This document shows, piece by piece, positions 1 through 11,904 of a DNA stretch of 64,000 nt (its first letter is position 1; every line of letters starts with the position of its first letter). This stretch comes from Laetmonice hystrix. Taxonomy: Eukaryota. The stretch lies in assembly GCA_965235115.1 (NCBI GenBank), contig OZ249436.1, positions 35,900,001 to 35,964,000 of the forward strand, given 5' to 3'. A program made the translations under genes and the position numbers. A model generated the notes under the pieces. That model did no database searches. It was given only the letters and a program-made list of their open reading frames with translations, and had not been told where the DNA came from.

Positions 1-3000
1 TGGCAGACACTCTCGGCTTTTCAAAGCAGACAGAAGCGTGGAGATGTTGGTATAAAACCTGCTATTTCTGTACACATACACCATATTTATTAATGATCCC
101 AATTCTATGTTTCCATGCCTTTACTGTCCAGGAGGGAGGCGATACTTGTGGTATATCATTTACTCCCATCTAATCTGTTTCTCCTACAGACCGTCTGTAG
201 GCCTAAGCGTCCGACGACGTTGTCAAGTAGTCCCAATGGCAATTTGCCGTAAAGGTTAAATTAGCAATGGTAAATGAAATGGTCGTACGTCTTTTCTACA
301 TCAGATATCCCATCCCCAAATATACAGTTTACAGAGATGTTGCAGGCAAATGCTGCCGTGCTGTACTGAAGCGGTACCTCCAATTGCACTGCCACCTTCC
401 GGCTTCCGATGGAATCACCACGGCACGTATACATGGCCGGCCCCGGGCACTGCCACCTTCCGGCTTCCGATGGAATCACCACGTATACCGGGCCGGGCTG
501 CCGCGGGTACCTGCAGCGGCGCTTCGCCGAGAGATAGGATTCTGCAATGCTAAGCCAAAGACTGCAGCAAACACTACAGTGAAGGCTGCCCACATGGAAT
601 GACTGGCCTTACACTCGACCAAACACTACAGCGAGGGCTCCCTACATGTTTGGCTGGCCTTATACTCGAGCGAACACTACAGTGAGGTCTCTCATCATGT
701 ACTGACTGACCTTATAGGCCTACTCGAGCAAACACTACAGTGATGGCTGCCTAAATGCACACGATATTTATACAGTGCCAACAGATGCAAGGAGTCATAT
801 TAGGCCTACATCGTTTTGATATAGAAATACTTCGATGCCCCTTAAACAGTGAAGACTACGGTGAAGACTGAGTGCTCTCTTTTCTATGAGCGAACGTACG
901 AGATGAATACTATACGAAAATTCCAGCTGCGAATTACAATACCAGACATGCATACAAACATAGCAATAATGACTTAATATTATGTAAAACAGATGTATTT
1001 ACCGTTTTCAATCATTCCCTGGCTAGTCCAAGCATATTTTTGCACACTGAAGAAGGTAGCAATGACATTCACAGGAAAAATGTCAAGTTGGCAGACACTC
1101 TCGGCTTCTCAAAGCAGACAGAAGCGTGGAGATGTTGGTATAAAACCTGCTATTTCTGTACACATACACCATATTTATTAATGATACCTCATTTCATGTT
1201 TCCATGCCTTTACTGTCCAGGAGGGAGGCGATACTTGTGGTCTATCATTTACTCCCATCTAATCTGTTTCTCCGACAGACCGTCTGTAGGCCTAAGCATC
1301 CGACGACGTTGTCAAGTAGTTCCAATGGCAATTTGCCGTAAAGGTTAAATTAGCAATGGTAAATGAAATGGCCGTACGTCTTTTCTACATCAGATATCCC
1401 ATCCCCAAATATAAAGTTTACAGAGATGTTGCAGGCAAATGCCGCCGTGCTGTACTGAAGCGGTACCTCCAACTGCACTGCCACCTTCCGGCTTCCGATG
1501 GAATCACCACGGCACGTATACCTGGCCGGCCCCGGGCACTGCCACCTTCCGGCTTCCGATGGAATCACCACGTATACCGGGCCGGGCTGCCGCGGGCACC
1601 TGCATCGGCGCTTCGCCGAGAGATAGGATTCTGCAATGCTAAGCCAAAGACTGCAGCAAACACTATACAGTGAGGGCTGCCCACATGGAATGACTGGCCT
1701 TACACTCGACCAAACACTACAGCAATGGCTCCCTACATGTATGGCTGGCCTTATACTCGAGCGAACACTACAGTGAGGGCTGCCATCATGTATTGACTGA
1801 CCTTATAGGCCTACTCGAGCAAACACTACAGTGATGACTGCCTACATGCACACGATATTTATACAATGCCAACAGATGCAAGTAGTCATATTAGGCCTAC
1901 ATGGTTTTGATATAGAAATACTTCGATGCCCCTTAAACAGTGAAGACTACAGTGAAGACTGAGTGCTCTCGTTTCTATGAGCGAACGTACGAGATGAATA
2001 CTATGCGAAAATTCCAGCTGCGAATTACAATACCAGACATGCATACAAACATAGCAATAATGACTTAATATTATGTAAAACAGATGTATTTACCGTTTTC
2101 AATCATTCCCTGGCTAGTACAAACATATTTTTGCACACTGAAGAAGGTAGCAATGACATTCACAGGAAAAATGTCAAGTTGGCAGACACTCTCGGCTTTT
2201 CAAAGCAGACAGAAGCGTGGAGATGTTGGTATAAAACCTGCTATTTCTGTACACATACACCATATTTATTAATGATCCCAATTCTATGTTTCCATGCCTT
2301 TACTGTCCAGGAGGGAGGCGATACTTGTGGTATATCATTTACTCCCATCTAATCTGTTTCTCCTACAGACCGTCTGTAGGCCTAAGCGTCCGACGACGTT
2401 GTCAAGTAGTCCCAATGGCAATTTGCCGTAAAGGTTAAATTAGCAATGGTAAATGAAATGGTCGTACGTCTTTTCTACATCAGATATCCCATCCCCAAAT
2501 ATACAGTTTACAGAGATGTTGCAGGCAAATGCTGCCGTGCTGTACTGAAGCGGTACCTCCAATTGCACTGCCACCTTCCGGCTTCCGATGGAATCACCAC
2601 GGCACGTATACATGGCCGGCCCCGGGCACTGCCACCTTCCGGCTTCCGATGGAATCACCACGTATACCGGGCCGGGCTGCCGCGGGTACCTGCAGCGGCG
2701 CTTCGCCGAGAGATAGGATTCTGCAATGCTAAGCCAAAGACTGCAGCAAACACTACAGTGAAGGCTGCCCACATGGAATGACTGGCCTTACACTCGACCA
2801 AACACTACAGCAATGGCTCCCTGCATGTTTGGCTGGCCTTATAGATCTACTCGAGCGAACACTACAGTGAGGGCCCCCATCATGTACTAACTGACCTTAT
2901 AGGCCTACTCGAGCAAACACTACAGTGATGGCTGCCTACATGCACACGATATTTATACAATGCCAACAGATGCAAGTAGTCATATTAGGCCTACATGTAC

Positions 3001-6000
3001 ATGGTATTGATATAGAAATACTTCGATGCCCCTTAAACAGTGAAGACTCCAGTGAAGACTGAGTGCTCTCGTTTCTATGAGCGAACGTACGAGATGAATA
3101 CTATGCGAAAATTCCAGCTGCGAATTACAATACCAGACATGCATACAAACATAGCAATAATGACTTAATATTATGTAAAACAGATGTATTTACCGTTTTC
3201 AATCATTCCCTGGCTAGTACAAACATATTTTTGCACACTGAAGAAGGTAGCAATGACATTCACAGGAAAAATGTCAAGTTGGCAGACACTCTCGGCTTTT
3301 CAAAGCAGACAGAATCGTGGAGATGTTGGTATAAAACCTGCTATTTCTGTACACATACACCATATTTATTAATGATACCTCATTTCATGTTTCCATGCCT
3401 TTACTGTCCAGGAGGGAGGCGATACTTGTGGTATATCATTTACTCCCATCTAATCTGTTTCTCCTACAGACCGTCTGTAGGCCTAAGCGTCCGACGACGT
3501 TGTCAAGTAGTCCCAATGGCAATTTGCTGTAAAGGTTAAATTAGCAATGGTAAATGAAATGGTCGTACGTCTTTTCTACATCAGATATCCCATCCCCAAA
3601 TATAAAGTTTACAGAGACGTTGCAGCAAATGCTGCCGTGCTGTAGCCTACTGAAGCGGTACCTCCAACTGCACTGCCACCTTGCGGCTTCCGATGGAATC
3701 ACCACGGCACGTATACCTGGCCGGCCCCGGGCACTGCCACCTTCCGGCTTCCGATGGAATCACCACGTATACCGGGCCGGGCTGCCGCGGGTACCTGCAT
3801 CGGCGCTTCGCCGAGAGATAGGATTCTGCAATGCTAAGCCAAAGACTGCAGCAAACACTACAGTGAGGGCTGCCCACATGGAATGACTGGCCTTACACTC
3901 GACCAAACACTACAGCAATGGCTCCCTGCATGTATGGCTGGCCTTATACTCGAGCGAACACTACAGTGAGGGCCCCCATCATGTACTGACTGACCTTATA
4001 GGCCTACTCGAGCAAACACTATACAGTGATGGCTGCCTACATGCACACGATATTTATACAATGCCAACAGATGCAAGTAGTCATATTAGGCCTACATGGT
4101 TTTGATATAGAAATACTTCGATGCTCCTTAAACAGTGAAGACTGAGTGCTCTCCATTCTATGAGCGAACGTACGAGATGAATACTATGCGAAAATTCCAG
4201 CTGCGAATTACAATACCAGACATGCATACAAACATAGCAATAATGACTTAATATTATGTAAAACAGGTGTATTTAGCGTTTTCAATTATTCCCTGGCTAG
4301 TACAAGCAAATTTTTGCACACTGAAGAAGGTAGCAATGACATTCACAGGAAAAATTTCAAGTTGGCAGACGCTCTAGCTTCTCAAAGCAGACAGAAGCGT
4401 GGAGATGTTGGTATAAAATCTGCTATTTTTGTACACATACACCATATTTATTAATGATACCTCATATCATGTTTCCATGCCTTTACTGTCCAGGACGGAG
4501 GCGATACTTGTGGTGTATAATTTACTCCCATCTAATCTCTTTCTCCTACAGACCGTCTGTAAGCGTCCGACGAAATTGTCAAGTAGTCCCAATGGCAATT
4601 TGCCGTAAAGGTTAAATTGGCAATGGTAAATGAAATGGTCGTACGTCTTTTCTACATCAGATATCCCATCCCCAAATATAAAGTTTACAGAGATGTTGCA
4701 GGCAAATGCTGCCGTGCTGTACTGAAGCGGTACCTCCAATTGCACTGCCACCTTCCGGCTTCCGATGGAAACACCACGGCACGTATACCTGGCCGGTCCG
4801 GGCACTGCCACCTTCCGGCTTCCGATGGAATCACCACGTATACCGGGCCGGGCTGCCGCGGGCACCTGCAGCGGCGCTTCGCCGAGAGATAGGATTCTGC
4901 AATGCTAAGCCAAAGGCTGCAGCAAACACTACAGTGAGGGCTGCCCACATGGAATGACTGGCCTTACACTCGACCAAACACTACAGCGAGGGCTCCCTAC
5001 ATGTTTGGCTGGCCTTATACTCGAGCGAACACTACAGTGAGGTCTCTCATCATGTACTGACTGACCTTATAGGCCTACTCGAGCAAACACTACAGTGATG
5101 GCTGCCTAAATGCACACGATATTTATACAGTGCCAACAGATGCAAGGAGTCATATTAGGCCTACATCGTTTTGATATAGAAATACTTCGATGCCCCTTAA
5201 ACAGTGAAGACTACGGTGAAGACTGAGTGCTCTCTTTTCTATGAGCGAACGTACGAGATGAATACTATACGAAAATTCCAGCTGCGAATTACAATACCAG
5301 ACATGCATACAAACATAGCAATAATGACTTAATATTATGTAAAACAGATGTATTTACCGTTTTCAATCATTCCCTGGCTAGTCCAAGCATATTTTTGCAC
5401 ACTGAAGAAGGTAGCAATGACATTCACAGGAAAAATGGCAAGTTGGCAGACACTCTCGGCTTTTCAAAGCAGACAGAAGCGTGGAGATGTTGGTATAAAA
5501 CCTGCTATTTCTGTACACATACACCACATTTATTAATGATACCTCATTTCCTGTTTCCATGCCTTTACTGTCCAGGAGGGAGGCGATACTTGTGGTATAT
5601 CATGTACTCCCATCTAATCTGTTTCTCCTACAGACCGTCTGTAGGCCTAAGCGTCCGACCACGTTGTCAAGTAGTCCCAATGGCAATTTGCCGTAAAGGT
5701 TAAATTAGCAATGGTAAATGAAATGGTCGTACGTCTTTTCTACATCAGATATCCCATCCCCAAATATAAACTTTACAGAGATGTTGCAGGCAAATGCCGC
5801 CGTGCTGTACTGAAGCGGTACCTCCAACTCCACTGCCACCTTCCGGCTTCCGATGGAATGACCACGGCACGTATAACTGGCCGGCCCCGGCACTGCCACC
5901 TTGCGGCTTCCGATGGAATCACCACGTATACCGGGCCGGGCTGCCGCGGGCACCTGCAGCGGCGCTTCGCCGAGAGATAGGATTCTGCAATGCTAAGCCA

Positions 6001-7062
6001 AAGACTGCTACAAACACTACAGTGAGGGCTGCCCACATGGAATGACTGGCCTTACACTCGACCAAACACTACAGCGAGGGCTCCCAACATGTATGGCTGG
6101 CCTTATACTCGAGCGAATACTACAGTGAGGTCTGCCATCATGTACTGACGTGAAGTCCCAATGGCAATTTGCCTTAAAGGTTAAATTAGCAATGGTAAAT
6201 GAAATGGTCGTACGTCTTTTCAACATCAGATATCCCATCCCCAAATATAAAGTTTACAGAGATGTTGCAGGCAAATGCTGCCGTGCTGTACTGAAGCGGT
6301 ACCTCCAATTGCACTGCCACCTTCCGGCTTCCGATGGAATCACCACGGCACGTATACATGGCCGGCCCCGGGCACTGCCACCTTCCGGCTTCCGATGGAA
6401 TCACCACGTATACCGGGCCGGGCTGCCGCGGGCACCTGCAGCGGCGCTTCGCCGAGAGATAGGATTCTGCAATGCTAAGCCAAAGATTGCAGCAAACACT
6501 ACAGTGAGGGCTGCCCACATGGAATGACTGGCCTTACACTCGACCAAAGACTACAGCAAGGGCTCCCTACATGTCTGGCTGGCCTTATACCCGAGCGAAC
6601 ACTACCGTGAGGGCTGCCATCTGATGGCTGCCTACATGCACACGATATTTATACAATGCCAACAGATGCAAGTAGTCATATTAGGCCTACATGGTTTTGA
6701 GATAGAAATACTTCGATGCCCCTTAAACAGTGAAGACTACAGTGAAGACTGAGTGCTCTCTTTTCTATGAGCGAACGTACGAGATGAATACTATGCGAAA
6801 ATTCCAGCTGCGAATTACAATACCAGACATCCATACAAACATAGCAATAATCACTTAATATTATGTAAAACAGATGTATTTACCGTTTTCAATCATTCCC
6901 TGGCTAGTCCAAGCATATTTTTGCACACTGAAGAAGGTAGCAATGACATTCACAGGAAAAATGTCAAGTTGGCAGACACTCTCGGCTTCTCAAAGCAGAC
7001 AGAAGCGTGGAGATGTTGGTATAAAACGTGCTATTTCTGTACACATACACCATATTTATTAA
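1..7062. repeat. Tandem array of a ~1.09-kb composite unit (about 6.5 units, begins before the window)
   Basis: Anchor TGGCAGAC(A/G)CTCT recurs at ~1, 1090, 2180, 3280, 4362, 5443 and 6970. Near-identical ORF translations recur with the same period. One shortened unit is created by a junction at ~6150. Each unit has an internal direct duplication (CACTGCCACCTTCCGGCTTCCGATGGAATCACCAC x2) and ~3.5 copies of the 52-bp monomer. Confidence 0.97.
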
Positions 7063-9593
7063 GGCAATGGCTGCTGCCAAAGTACTTCTGGCGGAAGACT
7101 ACCAAAAGGCTATTGCCAAAGTACCAATCAAAATACAGTATTTCTACTTTGGCAGCAACAAGCCAGGGTAATTGCTGCCAAAGTACCAATGGGCGACTGG
7201 CTTACAAACTGCTTGTTGCCTGATCCTGCCAAAGTACTTTGGAAGCAAGAAACATGTATACGGTCAACTCGGGGTTGATGCATGTAACAAAGTACTGTGT
7301 CCGCATTATAAAGCCACACGATTTTGCAGAAGACCGTGGGCTTCAGTATCAAAGTACTTTGTCAGCAACTTTATCAGGAACTCTTATTGCACATGTGGAC
7401 GAAGAACTTTGTCTGGAAGCGCTGTTACCAAAGTCTATGGGTACACATACACTGAAGTGTGAAAGCACAAAAGTTGTTAGGGGACGTTCAGACTATTACC
7501 GCGTTATATCAGTGGCGGATCCGGGGGTAGGGAGTTAACCCCCCTAGCCAATTTTGTCTTTTTTTCACCCTTAAAACTGTCCTAATTGTCCATGACTACT
7601 CCCCTCCCCCAGAAAATTCTTCCCTTAACCCCGCCCCTTCCTAAATCCCGCATCCGCCCGGTATCAATACGGTTTTTAATACCAAAGTAGGCCTACTTTG
7701 ACAGGAAAAAGTGTGATTAGGCCTATACTACAATTTCTAAGCATGACCTACTGAGCCAACGTCCTTTTTGTCTGGAAACATGAAATCTCTGGACCTGAGA
7801 TTTAGTATTGACCCACTTTTTCATGACACACAGGGACATTTTCGATGACGAAGTACTTTGTCAGGTGACGCTGTCTTAACATGACGTTTATTGACAGAAT
7901 AAAGTCAGGAAGTCAAGTGGTACTATATTTTGAACATGAGCTTTATTGCCAACGACCCTTCACATTGGACATAGAGAATTACAACTGTCGGTGTGGAGAA
8001 AATCTTAGGTGTAAAAGGTATACTCGTAGTTTGCTGACGTAGTCAAGGTAATGTAGGCCTACTTATATACATGTAGGCCTATATAATTTGGAGATACCAA
8101 TTAACATGCGAAACTGTGTAACCCTGAAAAAAAGCCTTTCAGAACTTCTTTCGCGAGTTACAGTAAAACAGCCTGCGGTAATTTGGCCTGAATCTGTATA
8201 GTAATAATTATGGAACACTTGGAAAAAGTGGAAACCAGTGGCAACAGTAAGGCTGCATTGTTATTGCCAAAGTACTGTGGCAGCAAGAGGTAGGGGGTTA
8301 GGCTGTATTGTTATTGCCAAAGTAACTGGCAGCAAGGGGTAGGGGGTTAGGCTGCATTGTTATTGCCAAAGTAATGTGGTAGCAAGAGGTAGGGGGTTAG
8401 GCTGCATTGTTATTGCCAAGGTACTGTGGCAGCAAGGGGCAGGGCGTTACGCTGCATTGTTATTGCCAAAGTACTGTGGCAGCAAGGGGCAGGGGGTTAG
8501 GCTGCATTGTTATTGCCAAAGTAACTGTGGCAGCAAGGGGTAGGGGGTTAGGCTGCATTGTTATTGACAAAGTAATGTGGTAGCAAGAGGTAGGGGGTTA
8601 GGCTGCATTGTTATTGCCAAAGTAACTGTGGCAGCAAGAGGTAGGGAGTTAGGCTGTATTGTTATTGCCAAAGTAACTGTGGCAGCAAGAGGTAGGGGGT
8701 TATAGGCTGCATTGTTATTGCCAAAGTAACTGTGGCAGCAAGGGGCAGGGGGTTAGGCTGTATTGTTATTGCCAAAGTAACTGGCAGCAAGGGGTAGGGG
8801 GTTAGGCTGCATTGTTATTGCCAAAGTACTGTGGCAGCAAGGGGCAGGGGGTTAGGCTGCATTGTTATTGCCAAAGTAACTGTGGCAGCAAGGGGCAGGG
8901 GGGTAGGCTGTATTGTTATTGCCAAAGTAACTGTGGCAGCAAGGGGTAGGGGGTTAGGCTGCATTGTTATTGCCAAAGTACTGTGGCAGCAAGGGGCAAG
9001 GCGTTAGGCTGTATTGTTATTGCCAAAGTACTGTGGCAGCAAGGGGTAGGGCGTTTGGCTGCATTGTTATTGCCAAAGTACTGTAGCAGCAAGGGGCAAG
9101 GCGTTAGGCTGCATTGTTATTGCCAAAGTACTGTGGCAGCAAGGGGTAGGGCGTATCATAATCACACCTGTAATAGCTAAGGTCTTGCCTTGTTGCACCC
9201 CTGTAACAATCATGGCAAAATGATTTTAACTTCGCTCTGAGTTACCGTTAATCATGTCAAATAATGTAGAAATGAACTAACCTTATCCCCTCTGGGATCC
9301 GTATGTCTTGTCTTCCTGGGTGTTTTTTTAGATACGTCTTCACAGTTTCTGAGGCGTATATGTGAACAACATTCTGACCCTGCTTGTACTGGTCAAATGC
9401 CTCAGAAAAGCTATGGTCCGTCGGAAACGTGTCACCCAGCTTCATTATAGCAGGACTAGTCAAGATGGCACCTCCTGGTCCTAGTCTTGGCGCCAAAAAA
9501 TCTAGGTCATATGTAACAAAGCTTCTGATTGGTACTTTGACAATAGCGTTTTGGTCGTCTTCCACCCAAAGTACTTTGGCAGTAGACACTCCG
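7063..9593. mobile_element. Non-autonomous TIR DNA transposon, MULE/Mutator- or foldback-like, 2531 bp
   Basis: 9-bp direct repeat ATTTATTAA at 7054-7062 and 9594-9602. Imperfect ~68-bp TIRs at 7063-7130 and 9526-9593 (core CTGCCAAAGTACTT..GG.GGAAGAC.ACCAAAA.GCTATTG.CAAAGTACCAATCA). The interrupted 1.09-kb unit resumes exactly after the second TSD copy. The CAAAGTAC motif is repeated throughout. No transposase ORF is visible. Confidence 0.85.
8251..9153. repeat. ~50-bp minisatellite (~18 copies) inside the TIR element
   Basis: Unit GGCTGCATTGTTATTGCCAAAGTACTGTGGCAGCAAGGGGTAGGGGGTTA; it contains the TIR core GCCAAAGTAC. Confidence 0.97.
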
Positions 9594-10085
9594 ATTTATT
9601 AATGATACCTCAGGTCATGTGTCCATGCCTTTACTTTCCAGGAAGGAGGCGATACTTGTGGTCTATCATTTTCTCCCATCTAATCTGTTTCCCCTGCAGA
9701 CCGTCTGTAAGCGTCCGACCACGTTGTCAAGTAGTCCCAAAGGGAATTTGCCGTAAAGGTTAAATTAGCAATGGTAAATGAAATGGTCGTATACGTCTTT
9801 TCTACATCAGATATCCCATCCCCAAGTATAAAGTTTACAGAGAGGTTGCAGGCCAATGCCACCGTGCTGTACTGAAGCGGCACCTCCAACTGCACTGCCA
9901 CCTTCCGGCTTCCGATGGAATCATTACTTCACGCATATCTGGCCGAGCCGCCAGGCACTGCCACCTTCCGGCTTCTTATGGAGTCACGACGTATACCGGC
10001 CCGTGCTGCCGCGGGCACCTGAAGCGGTCCACCTGAAGCGGTGCTTCGGGGAGAGATATGATTCTGCAATTCTAAGACAAAAATT
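9594..10085. repeat. Diverged terminal partial copy of the 1.09-kb unit
   Basis: Colinear with unit positions ~85-555 but with clearly more substitutions than the other copies. Confidence 0.92.
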
Positions 10086-10214
10086 TACATCTTAATCGCG
10101 GGGTGGGTCGGGGGATGCAAGTAGTGGAAATGAAAGGTATAGCCGAGGGGCATCTACTGTTAAAATATGGAGAAGATACTCGAATGAGAAGTATACATTT
10201 CACAGCCATTTATC

Positions 10215-10925
10215 TGTAGCGAATGTAGCCTACGGGACGGAAATGATTTACAGTTTTTTCGAATACTTTTAAGAAGCACACGAGATTTATATAATGCCAA
10301 CAAATGGTTATCATATTACATGGTTTTGATATAGAAATACTTCAATGCCCGTTAAACAGCAGATGTATTGAGTGACAAAGCTCGAGCTAATAGTATATGA
10401 AGCCAATGTATTTTACGATGTAGGCCTACACAGCACTTTATTCCGTTTATTGCACTGGGCAGTCTGGCTAACTGTTGCTGCTCACAACGTTGGTGCTCTC
10501 ACTAATGTTGTACTCACTGGTTGTACTGGTTGTACTGCTTGTGCTGGCTGACTGCTGGTACTGGTTAACTGCTTAAGAGCAGTCTGGTCCTTGCCTCACC
10601 TTATCATTCAGCGTTGTACCATCATAGGTGGCAGCACAGTCAAATACCACCCGCACCTTGGATTTATTCGGATTGAATAACGTACGATATTTATACAATG
10701 TCGACAGATGGAGGCAGTCATATTACATGGGTTTGATATAGAAATACTTCGATGCCCCCTAAACAGTGAAGACTGAAGTGTTCTCTTTTCTATGAGCGAA
10801 AGTACATGACGAATATTCAATGACAAACATTCCAGTAGCGAATTACGAACGTACGTGACGGAAATGGTTTACAGTTATTTTGAATAGGCCTACGTTCAAG
10901 AAGCACACGATATTTATAGAATGCC
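10215..10925. repeat. Degenerate reiterated fragments of the 1.09-kb unit's 3' part
   Basis: CACGATATTTATA(C)AATG...TTTGATATAGAAATACTTC...AAACAG motif is seen at ~10277, ~10683 and, partially, ~10903. Confidence 0.75.
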
Positions 10926-11193
10926 CTCACTGTTGTGTCTGCTCGAGTATAAGGCCAATCAGTCCATGTGGGCAGCCCTCAATGTAGTGTTTGCTCCAGT
11001 CTGAGGCCAGTCAATACATGTAAAGAACCCTCTCTGTAGTGTTTGCTTGGGTATAAGGCCAGTCAGTACAGGTAGGGAGCCCTCACTGTAGTGTTTTCTC
11101 AAGTCTAAGGCTAGCCAATACATGTAGAGAGCCCTCACTATATTGTTTCCTTCACTATAAGGACAGTCAATACATATAGAGGTCCTCACTGTA

Positions 11194-11247
11194 TTTTTCT
11201 TTTTTGAAATGCACGGGCATCAGGGGTAACCCAATTACTTTGACAAT
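11194..11247 (-). mobile_element. 3' fragment of the same SINE-like sequence
   Basis: TTTTGAAATGCACGGGCATCAGGGGTAACCCAATTACTTTGACAAT is identical to the sequence at ~11743-11788. Confidence 0.6.
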
Positions 11248-11736
11248 ACATGTAGGGGCCCTCACTGTAGTGTTTGCTCCAGTCTAAGGCAAGCCAATAC
11301 ATGTACAGAACCCACACTGTAGTGTTTGCCCCATTCTAAGGTCAGCCAATACATGTACAGACCCCTCACTGTAGTGTTTGCTCGAGTATAAGGCCAGTTA
11401 GTACATGTGGAGAACCCTCACTGTAGTGTTTGTTCCAGTCTAATGCCGGTCAATGCATCTAGAGAGCCCTCACTGTACAGTTTGCTCCAGCCGTAGGGCA
11501 GTCAATACATGTAGGGCGCCCTCACTGTTATGTTTGCTCGAGTAACAGGCCAGTCAGTCCATGTGAGCAGCCCTCACTGTAGTGTTTGCTCCAGTCTGAG
11601 GCCAGTCAATACATGTAAAGAGCCCTCACTGTAGTGTTTGCTCCAGCCCAAGGGCATTCAATACATAAAGGGATCCTCACTGTAATGTTTGCTCGAGTAT
11701 AAGGCCAGGTAATACATGCAGGTAGACCTCACTGTA

Positions 11737-11904
11737 TTTTTCTTTTGAAATGCACGGGCATCAGGGGTAACCCAATTACTTTGACAATGTCCCTAAAGAG
11801 AAAAGTTGTATAGTCCTCTACAGGAATCGAACCCAGGCCCTAAGATTACTGCACCCATTCGCATAGCATAAGGTGTCGACATCCGTGTTTCGTCGAGTTC
11901 GGCC
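11737..11904 (-). mobile_element. tRNA-derived SINE-like insertion in the 52-bp satellite
   Basis: The minus strand has a Pol III B-box match GGTTCGATTCC (11823-11833) and an A-rich 3' tail (T-rich at 11737-11746 on +). It interrupts a satellite monomer. A clear A box and TSD were not found. Confidence 0.55.

Noticed and set aside
261..7062. Repeated 60-130-aa ORFs in the 1.09-kb units, including an LHCHL (HUH-like) string and, in the diverged copy, an AWTHDLRY (PLA2-like) string
   Set aside because: Frameshifts and stops differ between copies, ORFs overlap on both strands, and no flanking family motifs support either match.
7881..8042. Short frame with IKSGSQVVLYF...CRCGENLRC resembling a SET/post-SET end
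   Set aside because: Only ~50 codons, a stop immediately upstream, and no SET core motifs.
11760..11904. tRNA gene
   Set aside because: Only a B-box/T-arm-like match; no cloverleaf could be folded, so it was treated as SINE-like.
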